From Vulcanimicrobiota bacterium (GTDB taxonomy: Bacteria; Vulcanimicrobiota; Vulcanimicrobiia; Vulcanimicrobiales; Vulcanimicrobiaceae), in the NCBI GenBank assembly GCA_963812155.1, contig CAWETW010000003.1:768001-832000 (forward strand): DNA of 64,000 bases, given 5' to 3'. Below the pieces are notes generated by a model, which saw nothing but the letters and a program-made list of their open reading frames with translations, had not been told where the DNA came from and ran no database searches. Of this stretch, positions 8,428 through 18,905 are shown in pieces. The position numbers and the translations under genes are program-made. The first letter of the stretch is position 1, and each line of letters starts with the position of its first letter.

Positions 8428-10985
8428 GCTTGTTCGACGGGGCGAACGACCATCGCCGCTTTGCTTTGCCGGGTTCCAGCCCGCAGTACGGACCCGACAA
8501 AGTGGTTGCCGTCGAACACATCGATCTCGATCTCACCCCCGACATCGCCGCCGAAACGCTCGACGGCATCTGCACGACGACCGTCCGCGCGCTCGACGAA
8601 CCGGTCGAACGGCTCTCGCTCGACGCCGTCGATCTCGAGATTCGCAGCGTCGAACGAGATGGACGCCCGCAGGCGTTCGAACGCCGCGACGGCAAGCTCG
8701 ACGTGAGGTTCGATCCGCGTCTCGAACCCAACGATCGCGCAACCTTTGCAGTCGCCTACCGCTGCACGAAACCGCGCCAGGGCCTCTTCTTCGTGAATCC
8801 GCCGGCGGATCGCCCCGAGAAGGTCGCCCACGTCTGGACCCAGAGTCAAGACGAAAACGCGCGCTACTGGTTTCCGTGTTTGGACTATCCGCACGAGAAG
8901 CAGACGACGTCGGCGACGATTCGCGTGCCGCGCGGCTCCTTCGCGCTTTCGAACGGCGCCCTCGTGGAACGCAAAGACGAAGGCGATACCACCATTTTTC
9001 GTTACCGGCAAGACGTTCCGCACAGCACCTATCTCGTGACGATGGTCGCGGGACCGTTTGCAGAGGTCGCGCAGGGTACGGCCGGAAGCCGCAACGTGCC
9101 GGTGTTTTACTACGTGCTGCCGGGACGGGAAGACGACGGCGAGCGTGCCTTCGGCAACACGCCGCGCATGATCGCGCTGTTCGAGCAGCGCACGGGCGTG
9201 CCGTATCCGTACGCGCGATATTCCCAAATCGCCGTATCGGATTTCATCTTCGGCGGAATGGAGAATACGGCCGCAACCACACAGACCGATCGCACGCTGC
9301 ACGACGCGACGGCGCATATGGATTTCTCGAGCGATCCGCTCGTGGCGCACGAACTGGCGCACCAGTGGTTCGGCGACCTGCTTACCTGCCGCGATTGGGC
9401 CCATGCGTGGCTCAACGAAGGCTTTGCAACCTTTTTCGAAGGCGTATGGCGCGAGGCGGATCTCGGGTACGACGAATATCTCTACGACGCGTTCGGGTGG
9501 GTGAACGACTATCTGGAAGAAGATGCCGACCGTTACCGGCGGCCGATCGTCTGCAACACGTTTCGCGATCCGATCGAAATCTTCGACCGGCACCTCTACG
9601 AAAAGGGCGCGGCCGTACTCCATATGCTGCGCGGCGAACTGGGCGAGGAGCGGTTCTGGCGGTCGATCCGCCACTACACCGAGCGCAACGCGCGCCGCAA
9701 CGTCGAAACGATCGATTTGGTGCGCGCCGTCGAAGATGCGACCGGACGCAACCTGCGCGCGTTCTTCGACCAGTGGATCTACGCCGGCGGGCATCCTGAG
9801 ATCGACGTGTCGCTGGCGTGGGACGAAAAGGATAAGGTCGCGACGTTGACCGTCGATCAAAAGCAGTCGATCGATGCAACGCATCCGGCACACCGCTTCG
9901 AGGTGACGGCCGGCTTCGTCGCGGATCCGCCGGCGAGCGCCGCCGTCGATGCCGGTTCGGCTGCGTTGCCGGGCGAACGCCGCATTCGTGCGACGATTGC
10001 CAACGCGCGCGAAACGATTTCGGTGCCGCTCGAAGCCGAGCCGAAGTTGGTGCGCTTCGACCCCGGAGCGTTCGTGCTGGCGCGGGTGACCTACAAACTC
10101 GGCGCCGGCGCTTCGGGCACCGTGCTGCGCAGCGATCCGAATCCGATCGCGCGGATTCGCGCGGCATCCGAACTGGCGCGCGACGGATCGCATGCGGCGG
10201 TCGACGCCTTGCGCGATGCGTTCGGCGGCGAACCGTTTTGGGGCGTGCTGGCCGAAACGAGCGCGGCGCTCGGCGCGACGCGCGCGCCGTGGGCTCGCGA
10301 AATCCTTGCCGGAGCGCTGTCGCACGCGCATCCGAAAGTGCGTCGCGCTGCTGCGGCCGCGCTCGGAAACTTCCGCAGCGTAGAAGCGGCCGACGCGCTC
10401 CTGCCGCTCGCGCATGGCGATGCGTCGTATTTCGTGCGCGCGGCCGCGCTCGAAGCGCTGGGAAAAACGCGCGACGCGCGGGCATTCGACGTGCTCGCAG
10501 CGGCACTTCAATCGAAGAGCTGGAACGCCACGGTGGAGTCGGGCGCCGCCCGCGGACTCGCCGAACTCGCCGACCCGCGCGCGCTGCCGCTGGTCGCCGG
10601 CGTCGCCCGCGCCCCGCGCGACGAAAACCTTCGGCGAACGGCTGCCGCAGCGATCGGCCGTATCGCGCAACTGATTGAAGGCGAACGCACGCGCGCGATT
10701 TCCGAGCTCGAAGACTTGCTCGACGACGAGGATTTCCACGTGCAGCTCGGGGCACTACGCGCGGCCGAGTCGCTCGGCGACGCGCGGCTGCTGCCCGCAC
10801 TCGACCGCTTGTCCCATTCGGCCTGGGACGGTCGCACGCGGCGTACCGCCCGCGAAGCGGCGATCCGCGTGCGGGAAGCCGCCAAAGTTCCGGCGCAAGT
10901 CGCGGGCATGCGCAGCGACCTCGACGAACTCCGTGAAGATCAGCGGAAACTCCAGGCGAAGATCGCGGCGCTCGCGCGGGCTTAG
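8424..10985 (+). CDS. M1 family aminopeptidase with C-terminal HEAT repeats
   Basis: GGMEN, HELAHQWFG...WLNEGFA (HExxH-E), YEKGA; alanine-rich HEAT-like C-terminus. Confidence 0.93.
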   Translation: MSLFDGANDHRRFALPGSSPQYGPDKVVAVEHIDLDLTPDIAAETLDGICTTTVRALDEPVERLSLDAVDLEIRSVERDGRPQAFERRDGKLDVRFDPRLEPNDRATFAVAYRCTKPRQGLFFVNPPADRPEKVAHVWTQSQDENARYWFPCLDYPHEKQTTSATIRVPRGSFALSNGALVERKDEGDTTIFRYRQDVPHSTYLVTMVAGPFAEVAQGTAGSRNVPVFYYVLPGREDDGERAFGNTPRMIALFEQRTGVPYPYARYSQIAVSDFIFGGMENTAATTQTDRTLHDATAHMDFSSDPLVAHELAHQWFGDLLTCRDWAHAWLNEGFATFFEGVWREADLGYDEYLYDAFGWVNDYLEEDADRYRRPIVCNTFRDPIEIFDRHLYEKGAAVLHMLRGELGEERFWRSIRHYTERNARRNVETIDLVRAVEDATGRNLRAFFDQWIYAGGHPEIDVSLAWDEKDKVATLTVDQKQSIDATHPAHRFEVTAGFVADPPASAAVDAGSAALPGERRIRATIANARETISVPLEAEPKLVRFDPGAFVLARVTYKLGAGASGTVLRSDPNPIARIRAASELARDGSHAAVDALRDAFGGEPFWGVLAETSAALGATRAPWAREILAGALSHAHPKVRRAAAAALGNFRSVEAADALLPLAHGDASYFVRAAALEALGKTRDARAFDVLAAALQSKSWNATVESGAARGLAELADPRALPLVAGVARAPRDENLRRTAAAAIGRIAQLIEGERTRAISELEDLLDDEDFHVQLGALRAAESLGDARLLPALDRLSHSAWDGRTRRTAREAAIRVREAAKVPAQVAGMRSDLDELREDQRKLQAKIAALARA

Positions 10986-12355
10986 ACGCCGCTTTGCTGC
11001 GGTCGTCTTGCTTTGCATTGCGGGGGCGCTCTCGGGCTGGGGATTGAGCCGCGCGCATTCGTCGCGCGCCGTGCAAGCCGTCGCACTGCACACGGGGGCG
11101 CAAGTGCCGCGGCGCGCCGTCGAAGATGCGTTCGACGGAGCATCTCGTCCGCTTCCACCCGCGCCGCCGTGGAGCCGCCCGGAGATCGAGCGCCTGCGCC
11201 AATCGGTGCGCGATGCATTTGGGCCCGCGCTCGACGGCGCCCAGCGATGGAGCATGGCGGTGCTCGACGCAAACGGCAACGCACTGTACGACGACCGCGC
11301 CGCGCATGCGGTCGTTCCCGCGAGCGCGGCGAAACTCGTCGTGGCAGCGACCGCGCTCGGCGTGCTCGGGCAGCAATTTCCGCTATCACACGATTCTCGC
11401 CGCACCTCGCGCGATTGCGTCCGACGGGTCGCTCGACGGGAACCTCTGGCTGGCGGGATCGGGCGATCCGTCGTTGCGCGGCGACGACGTGCGCGGCGGC
11501 GTCGGCATGCTGGCGCGCGGCGGCCTGCGGCGCATTTCCGGCGGCGCCGCGGTGGATCCGACGGCGATGCACGGGCCGGAGTTGAATCCGCACTGGGATC
11601 CCGGTGACGCGGGCCAAGACTACGCCGCGCCGACGAACGCGCTGTCGATCGACGGCGATACGGTCGAATCGCAGAAAAACGTCGGCGGCGTGGAACAACG
11701 TTTTTGGACGCCGGTGAGCGACGTGCCGCACTACGCGTCGGCGATGCTCGCACGCATGCTCGCGCAGCGCGGAATTGCAACCTCGCGACCGCCCATCGTC
11801 GCGGCGTCGCCGCTGGATTCGGTCGTGTTCTGGGAACATCGCTCCGCACCGCTGCGCGCGCTGGAAGCGCACATGCTGTATTATTCCGACAATCACTACG
11901 CCGAACAGCTCCTGCGCACGCTGGGCGGCGAAACGGGCGAGATTGCCGACGACGCGGGCGGGCTCGCGACGGAGCGGCGGTTCTTGAGCGAGCGCGGAAT
12001 TCCGGATCCGGGTTTGCGGCTCCACGACGGCAGCGGACTGTCGAGCGACGACCGCATCGCCGCGATCACGCTCGCACGCATTCTCGCCGACGCACAACTG
12101 CGCGGCGGCGATGCGTCGCTCTACCTGCTGTTGCCCCAAGGCGGCAAGCAAGGAACGCTCCAGGACTACGACTTCACGACGGCGCTCGGACGCGTTCGCG
12201 CAAAGAGCGGACACATCAGCGGCGTATCGGCGCTGGCCGGATACGTCAATACGCTGCATCACGGCCGCGTCGTCTTTGCGTTCATGGTGAACGGATCGCC
12301 GGGCGATCCCGATGCCGCAATCGTGCGCGCCGTCAACCGGCTGGCCGCACTCTAG
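10981..12355 (+). CDS. dacB: D-alanyl-D-alanine carboxypeptidase/endopeptidase (peptidase S13), frameshifted near 11370; start uncertain
   Basis: PASAAK (SxxK) in one frame, then GSGDPSL, SDN, DGSGLS and AKSG in the next frame. Confidence 0.85.
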
Positions 12356-12369
12356 TGGACCACTAAACC

Positions 12370-13755
12370 ATGGTCGACGAGTCGGACCTGTCGCGCGTCA
12401 TCGCGCGCGCGCTGCGCCGCGGCGGTGATTTCGCCGACGTCTTTTGCGAGCGGCGCACGTCGCAATCGCTGCGGCTGCAGGATGGGCGCATTCACGAGGC
12501 GTCGTGCGGCGTCGTGATCGGCGTCGGGATTCGCGTGCTCGCCGGCGAATCGGCCGGTTACGCGTACTCCGACGATCTGAGCGCCGAGGCGCTGCTGCAG
12601 GCCGCCGATGCGGCGTCCTTGATTGCGCGCAACGGCGGGAGCCGCGTTACGGCGGCCGCATTGCATCGCGAAGCGGTCGCGGCACTGTACGATGGCGATC
12701 GTGCCAACGCCCTCGTCTCCGATTGCGCCGGCCTGCTCGCGCGTGCCGACGTCGCAGCGCGCGCGTTCGACTCGCGCGTCGTGGCGGTGAACGCGCACGT
12801 GGCCGACGAGCTGCAGGAAGTCTGGATCGCGAATAGCGACGGGCGATTCGTTCACGACCGCCGACCGATGGTGACGCTGGGCGTTCAAGCCGTTGCCTCG
12901 GCCGCCAGCGAACGCGGTTCCGGTTACGCCGGGGACGGCGGGCGCACGTCGCTGGCATATTTCGAAACCCATGCACCCGAGGAACTCGCCCGCGACGCCG
13001 CGCGCATCGCGATCGTCAACGCCACGGCGATTCCGGCGCCGGCCGGCGAGATGGCAATGGTCGTCGGCGCGGGCGGCGGCGGCGTGCTGCTGCACGAAGC
13101 CGTCGGTCACGGCCTGGAGAGCGATTTCAACCGGCGCGGCACGTCGCTGTACGCCGGACGCGTCGGCGAGCGCGTGGCCAGCGAACTCGTCACGATTTTC
13201 GACGACGGCGATTTGCCCGAAGAACGCGGCACGATCAACGTCGACGACGAGGGCGTCGCCGGCCAGCACAAGGTACTCGTCGAGAAGGGCGTGCTGCGCG
13301 GCTACATGCAGGACTTGCTCAACGCGCGGCTGATGGGCGTGGCGTCGACCGGCAGCGGGCGCCGGCAATCGTTCCGGTTCTTGCCGCAGCCGCGCATGTG
13401 CAACACGTACATGCCCGGCGGCGAATCGACCGTCGAGGAGATCGTCGCGTCGACGCCGCGCGGCATTTATGCGAAATCGTTCGCAGGCGGTCAAGTCGAA
13501 ATCAGCAAGGGCGATTTCGTCTTCATGATCGGCGAAGGCTACCTCATCGAAAACGGCAAGGTGACCGCGCCGGTGAAGAACGCGACGATCGTCGGCAACG
13601 GCCCGGATGCGATGACGAAGGTCACGGCCGTGGCGAACGACAGCCGACTCGCGCGGCGCCACTACACGTGCGGCAAGGGCGGACAGTACGTGCCGGTCGG
13701 CGTCGGCATGCCGACCGTGAAGATTTCGTCGATCACCGTCGGCGGGACACTCTAG
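12370..13755 (+). CDS. tldD: TldD family metalloprotease
   Basis: LLHEAVGHGLESD, DDEG, PRMCNT, CGKGGQ. Confidence 0.92.
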   Translation: MVDESDLSRVIARALRRGGDFADVFCERRTSQSLRLQDGRIHEASCGVVIGVGIRVLAGESAGYAYSDDLSAEALLQAADAASLIARNGGSRVTAAALHREAVAALYDGDRANALVSDCAGLLARADVAARAFDSRVVAVNAHVADELQEVWIANSDGRFVHDRRPMVTLGVQAVASAASERGSGYAGDGGRTSLAYFETHAPEELARDAARIAIVNATAIPAPAGEMAMVVGAGGGGVLLHEAVGHGLESDFNRRGTSLYAGRVGERVASELVTIFDDGDLPEERGTINVDDEGVAGQHKVLVEKGVLRGYMQDLLNARLMGVASTGSGRRQSFRFLPQPRMCNTYMPGGESTVEEIVASTPRGIYAKSFAGGQVEISKGDFVFMIGEGYLIENGKVTAPVKNATIVGNGPDAMTKVTAVANDSRLARRHYTCGKGGQYVPVGVGMPTVKISSITVGGTL

Positions 13756-13772
13756 GTCGACGGGACACTACA

Positions 13773-15104
13773 ATGCGTGAGGAGGCGGCGCTCGAAATCG
13801 CCCAAAGCGCGATCGCGCTGGCGCGCACTGCCGGCGCGGAAGCGGCCGAAGCGACGGTGACGGTCGCGCGGCGGTTTCACGCCGAAGCGCGCGACACCGT
13901 CGTCGCCAAGCTCGAACAAACGACCGCGAAGTCGCTGCACGTGCGCGTATTCTTGGGCGGTCGCAAGGCATCGCTGACGACCACCGATCTCACGGACGAC
14001 GGCTTACGCGCGGCGGTCGCGCGTACCATCGCGGGGGCGGCGTGCGTCGCGCCGGATCCGTTTGCGGGTCTCCCCGACGAGTTCGCATCGGCCACGCCGC
14101 CGCTGAACCTGTGCGACCCGCGGGTCGAGCAACGCGAGCCCGCCGAGAAAGTCGAGGAGGCGCTCGCGCTCGAGCGCGCCGTCCGCGCGTACGATCGGCG
14201 GATCGTCAACTCGAGCGGATCGCATTACAGCGACTCGACGGCGATTACTGCAATCGCGAACTCTGCCGGATTTGCCGCAGCGTACGCAGCGACGCGCGCG
14301 GGCCGCTCGACTGCGCCGGTCGCAATCGACGCGGAGATCAAGCGCACCGCGCATTACGGCACGGCGGCGCGCCGCTTCGGGGATCTGGAAAGCACCGATG
14401 CGGTGACGCACAAGGCGGGCAGGCGCGCGGTCGAACTCTTCGGCGCACGCAAACCTGCGACGATGCGCGTGCCCGTGATCTTCGAACGCGACGTCGCCGC
14501 GGGCATCCTCGACGATCTCTTCGCGGCGACGTCGGCGGCAAACGTTGCGACGGGAAATTCGTGGCTGGTCGGCAAGGCCGGCGAACGCGTCGGCAGCGAT
14601 TACCTCAACGTCGTCGACGACGGACGCCTCGACGGAAAACTCGGCAGTTCGCCGTTCGACGGAGAAGGAGTGGCGACGAGGCGCACTCGCGTGTTCGAAA
14701 AGGGCCGCCTGCTCACATTCCTCTACGACACGTATTACGCGCGAAAACTCGGGGCCGCGAGCACGGGAAACTCCAACGGCGGCGGAATCGGTGCCAATAG
14801 TTTCTTTTTAGAGCCCGGCGAGGGCAGTCTCGAGGAATTGGTGGCGGCGACCCCGCGCGGAGTCCTCGTGCTCGATACGATCGGCTTCGCGCACGAACAT
14901 GCATCGGGCACGTATTCTCGCGGGGCACGCGGCTTTTTCATCCGAGACGGCGAACTCGCTTACCCGATCGACGAATTCACCATCGCGGGTGCGTACGCCG
15001 ACATGCTGGCCGGCATCGATGCGGTCGCAAACGACCTCGTGTTCGACGGCTCGGTCGTGTCGCCGTCGTTTCGGGTGGCGGAGATGACGATTAGCGGAGT
15101 GTAG
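13773..15104 (+). CDS. pmbA: TldE/PmbA family protein
   Basis: SSPFDGEG, STGNS, YSRGARGF, FTIAG, SPS. Lies directly after tldD and has no HExxH. Confidence 0.88.
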   Translation: MREEAALEIAQSAIALARTAGAEAAEATVTVARRFHAEARDTVVAKLEQTTAKSLHVRVFLGGRKASLTTTDLTDDGLRAAVARTIAGAACVAPDPFAGLPDEFASATPPLNLCDPRVEQREPAEKVEEALALERAVRAYDRRIVNSSGSHYSDSTAITAIANSAGFAAAYAATRAGRSTAPVAIDAEIKRTAHYGTAARRFGDLESTDAVTHKAGRRAVELFGARKPATMRVPVIFERDVAAGILDDLFAATSAANVATGNSWLVGKAGERVGSDYLNVVDDGRLDGKLGSSPFDGEGVATRRTRVFEKGRLLTFLYDTYYARKLGAASTGNSNGGGIGANSFFLEPGEGSLEELVAATPRGVLVLDTIGFAHEHASGTYSRGARGFFIRDGELAYPIDEFTIAGAYADMLAGIDAVANDLVFDGSVVSPSFRVAEMTISGV

Positions 15105-15116
15105 ACGGGGAGAACC

Positions 15117-16561
15117 ATGGCTTTACCGGCGATCAGTTTCACGGTCATCATGCGCATCGAGATGCCGAACGAACCCGGCGCGTTCGGCGTGCTGACCAAC
15201 GCGATCGGCGATGCCGGCGGAACGATTGCGGCGGTCGACATGCATTCGGTCAGCCGGGCGCGCATGATCCGCGACGTCACGATCAACGTCGCGTCCGACG
15301 GCGTCGCGAGCGACGTGCGCGCGGCCGTCGAAGCGATCGACGGATCGCGTATCATCTTCGCATCGGACTCGACGTTCCTCGCGCACATCGGCGGCAAGAT
15401 TCGCGTCGAGTCGAAGATTCCGGTGAAGAATCGTCAGGATCTCTCGACCGTCTACACGCCCGGCGTCGCGCGCGTCTCGATGGCGATTGCAGCGGATCCG
15501 AGCAAAGCGTTTCAGTTGACGATCAAGCGCAATATGGTCGCCGTCGTAACCGACGGTACGGCGGTGCTGGGTTTCGGCGACATCGGTCCGCTCGGCGCGC
15601 TGCCGGTGATGGAAGGCAAAGTGATGCTCTTCCGCCAGTTTGCCGACATCGATGCGTTTCCGATCTGCCTCGACACCAAAGACGTCGACGAAATCGTCGA
15701 GACGGTCGTGCGCATCGCGCCGGTCTTCGGCGGCATCAATCTCGAAGACATCAGCGCGCCGCGCTGCTTCGAAGTCGAAGAGCGGCTGATCGAAGCGCTC
15801 GACATTCCGGTGATGCACGACGACCAGCACGGAACGGCCGTCGTCATCCTGGCGGCGCTCATCAATGCAGCCCGCGTCGTCGGCAAACGTCTCGAGGACT
15901 TACGGATCGTGGTCTCGGGCAGCGGAGCGGCCGGCACGGCGACGATCAAGATGCTGCTCGGCGCCGGCGTGCGCGACGTCATTCCGGTCGACCGCAGCGG
16001 CGCGCTCAACCGCGACGACCGCTACGAAAATCCGCAGTGGCGCTGGCTGGCCGAACATTGCAATCGCGAGAACCGGCGCGGGATCGCTGGCCGACGTGCT
16101 GGTGGGCACCGACGTGTTCATCGGCGTTTCCGCGCCGGGAATCTTGCAACCCGAGCACGTGGCCCGGATGGCGCGCGATCCGATCGTCTTCGCGATGGCC
16201 AACCCGACGCCCGAGATCATGCCCGACGTCGCCGCGCCGGTCGCAGCCGTCATCGCGACCGGACGCTCCGATTTTCCCAACCAGGTGAACAATCTGCTGT
16301 CGTTTCCCGGGCATCTTCCGCGGCGCGCTCGACGTGCGCGCGCGGCGCATCACCGAGCGGATGAAACTCGCCGCCGCCTATGCGATCGCCGACATCGTTA
16401 CGGAGGACGAGCGCAGTCCGGAGTACATCATTCCGAGCGTGTTCGACCCGCGCGTCGTCGATGCGGTCGCAAAAGCGGTCGCCGCCGCGGCGCTCGAGGA
16501 CGGCGTTGCGCGCCGCACGCTCGTGAAGAACGAGGGAGAGGACCTCACGGCAGGGGTGTAA
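15117..16561 (+). CDS. NAD(P)-dependent malic enzyme with an N-terminal ACT-like domain, frameshifted near 16081 and 16311
   Basis: YTPGVA, VTDGTAVLG, VMEGK, INLEDI, HDDQHGTA, FAMANPTPEI and ATGRSDFPNQVNN, spread across three frames. Confidence 0.9.
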
Positions 16562-16579
16562 CGCCCTGTTGCCGGCGCG

Positions 16580-17272
16580 ATGTCACAGGCACGCGTTCTC
16601 GTTATCGAAAGCAATGCCGCTGCCGGTCGCTTGGAGCGCAAAGTGCTCGAAGCGGCCGGATACGCGGTGCTGACGGCGCGCGGCATCGCGGAAGGCTTGG
16701 AGTTGAGCGTTCGCAGCCAACCGGACGTCGTCGTGCTGGACGGCCTGCTCACGGACGCCGCCGGCGAAGACGCCTGCAGCGCACTTGCGGGCGCAACCGC
16801 TTCGTTCGTTTTGCTGGTCAGCGCGCGATCGCGACGTCAAGACGTGCTGCGCGCGCTCGAACGCGGGGCCGACGATTGCATCACGCGTCCGTTTTCGGGC
16901 AACGAATTGGTGGCGCGCGTCGGTTCGCTGTTGCGCCGCCGTGAAAAATTGATGCGGCGCGTCTCGCCGGCTAACCGCCTCGATGTCGGGAATTCGCATC
17001 TGGACCGCGATTTTCTCACGCTCTCGAGCAACGGCAGCCGCGTTCCGCTGACGGCGCTCGAGTTTCGCTTGATGTGGTTTTTGGCGGAGGCTGAAGGGCG
17101 GCTCGTCACGCGCGCGCAAATCTTGGAATCGGTCTGGAACGACACGTCGGGCGTTCCGACGCGCGTCGTCGACGTGCATATTGCGGCGCTTCGAAAGAAA
17201 CTGACGCGCGTACACGCACCACTGCAAATCGCCAGCGTGCGCGGCATCGGCTACCGGCTCGACAAGCAGTAG
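16580..17272 (+). CDS. OmpR-family response regulator (receiver + winged helix)
   Basis: PDVVVLD, GADDCITRPFS, LTALEF, VVDVHIAALRKKL, VRGIGY. Confidence 0.9.
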   Translation: MSQARVLVIESNAAAGRLERKVLEAAGYAVLTARGIAEGLELSVRSQPDVVVLDGLLTDAAGEDACSALAGATASFVLLVSARSRRQDVLRALERGADDCITRPFSGNELVARVGSLLRRREKLMRRVSPANRLDVGNSHLDRDFLTLSSNGSRVPLTALEFRLMWFLAEAEGRLVTRAQILESVWNDTSGVPTRVVDVHIAALRKKLTRVHAPLQIASVRGIGYRLDKQ

Positions 17273-17292
17273 CCGGCGCCTTCAAACGGCCT

Positions 17293-17781
17293 TCAGCGGC
17301 CGAGCGCGCCGTCCTCGACGCGGATGCGCCACGTCAGCAGCGCGGCGTTGAGCAGCGTGAACGCAACGGCGATTGCGACCGCGCCGAAAGCCAGCGGCAG
17401 CACCGCGATTTCGGTGGCGACGATCGCATAGTTGGGATGGCGCAGAAAGCGGTATGGTCCGCGGCGCACCAGGGTCGTACCCGCAACGGTGACGACGCGC
17501 GTCGTCCAGTAGGGTCCGAGCGACGCAATGACCCACACGCGCGCCGCCTGAAGCAGAATGAAGACACCCAGGAGCCACCAATTCGGCGGCGTCTGCGGCG
17601 GAATCGTCACGGCCATCGCGACCAGCCACGCCGCGTGCAAGGCGACGATCAGCGGATAGTGCGAAGCGCCGGCCTCCACGCCGCCGCTCGCCAGCAGCCG
17701 GCGCTCGTTGCGGCGCGCGTAGACGAGTTCGAGGCTGCGCTGCACGGCCACGAGCAGCAGCACGATCCACAGAACGCTCAT
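17293..17781 (-). CDS. Isoprenylcysteine carboxyl methyltransferase family (BpsB/SrsB-like alkylpyrone/alkylresorcinol methyltransferase)
   Basis: QRSLELVYARRNE, HYPLIVALH, LGPYWTTRV, GPYRFLRHPNY. Overlaps the PKS stop codon (ATGA). Confidence 0.88.
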   Translation of the reverse strand: MSVLWIVLLLVAVQRSLELVYARRNERRLLASGGVEAGASHYPLIVALHAAWLVAMAVTIPPQTPPNWWLLGVFILLQAARVWVIASLGPYWTTRVVTVAGTTLVRRGPYRFLRHPNYAIVATEIAVLPLAFGAVAIAVAFTLLNAALLTWRIRVEDGALGR

Positions 17782-18827
17782 CGTTCGAGTAACGTGAAAC
17801 CCGCGGTGAAACCCGGACCGAGCGCCGTAAGCAAGGCGCGCTTCCACGGGGGCGCGTCTTTTGCGAACGCGCGCTCCAAAACGAACATGACCGTCGCGGC
17901 CGACATGTTGCCGAACTCGTAGAGCACTTCGCGCGCATCGGTAAGCGTTCCGGGCGCGAGTTCGAACGCCGTCTCGAGCGCGTCGACGACTTTGGCGCCG
18001 CCCGGATGGCAGACGAAACGATCGATGTCGCGCAGCGTGAGCCCGTGGTGCTCGAGAAAGGCGACCGTCACGTCGTGCAGATGTTTCGTCACGAGATTCG
18101 GAATGTCGCGCGAGAAGATGGCCTTGAGCCCCTCGCCGGTGACGTCCCAGCCCATGACGTCGAGACTGTCGGGCCAGGTGTACTCGCCGCCGTCGACCAC
18201 CGCGGTGCCTTCGCGTCCGCAGGCCAGCAGCGCGGCGGCGGCGCCGTCCCCGAAGAGCGCGGTCGCGACGATGTTGCTCTTGGTGAAGTCGTCGCGGCGG
18301 AACGAAAGCGCGCAGAGTTCGACGACGAGAAAGAGCACCAGTTCTTGCGGCATCGCCGCGGCCATGCTCGCGGCGCGAGCCAATCCGATCGTGCCGCCGG
18401 CGCATCCGAGCCCGAAGATCGGAAGCCTGCGCACGGTTCGGCGCAATCCCATGCGTTCCATCAGCAGCGCATCGAGGCTCGGAGTAGCGATGCCGGTCGT
18501 CGACACCGCGACGATCGCGCCGATTTCTTCTGGATCCCGCCCGGCCCGCTCGAGCGCCGTGCGGGTCGCTCGTTCGAGCAATGCAAGCGCGCTTTCCAAA
18601 TAAATTCCGTTTCGTTCCGGCCAATCGTGCGGGCGTTCGTACCACTCGATCGGCACGCACGAATAGCGCCGTCCGATGCCGGCGTTTCCGAACGTGGGCA
18701 AAAGTCGCACGATCTCGGGCGAACGCGGGCCGAGCGCCAGGCTGACCCGGCGCGCGACGTCGCCTTGATCGAGCCGGTACGGCGGAACGGCCGTGGCGAC
18801 GGAGAGGATGCGCGGTTCAGCGGTCAC
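17778..18827 (-). CDS. Type III polyketide synthase (BpsA/SrsA-like)
   Basis: Cys-His-Asn triad in FGLGCAGG, HPGGAKV and GNMSAA; also LFGDGAAA and GPGFT. Confidence 0.93.
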   Translation of the reverse strand: MTAEPRILSVATAVPPYRLDQGDVARRVSLALGPRSPEIVRLLPTFGNAGIGRRYSCVPIEWYERPHDWPERNGIYLESALALLERATRTALERAGRDPEEIGAIVAVSTTGIATPSLDALLMERMGLRRTVRRLPIFGLGCAGGTIGLARAASMAAAMPQELVLFLVVELCALSFRRDDFTKSNIVATALFGDGAAAALLACGREGTAVVDGGEYTWPDSLDVMGWDVTGEGLKAIFSRDIPNLVTKHLHDVTVAFLEHHGLTLRDIDRFVCHPGGAKVVDALETAFELAPGTLTDAREVLYEFGNMSAATVMFVLERAFAKDAPPWKRALLTALGPGFTAGFTLLER

Positions 18828-18905
18828 GGCCGAACCATTCGAGCCGTCCGAGCCGCGTCTTTCAGCAGGGTCCCTCCGGGTCGCATCCGTAAGCCCGTAT
18901 CTCCC

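Noticed and set aside
8190..11376. Long antisense or alternate-frame ORFs (8190..10739, 9412..11376 and many similar)
   Set aside because: These are shadow ORFs expected in high-GC DNA. They overlap well-supported genes and have Arg/Ala-rich, motif-less translations.
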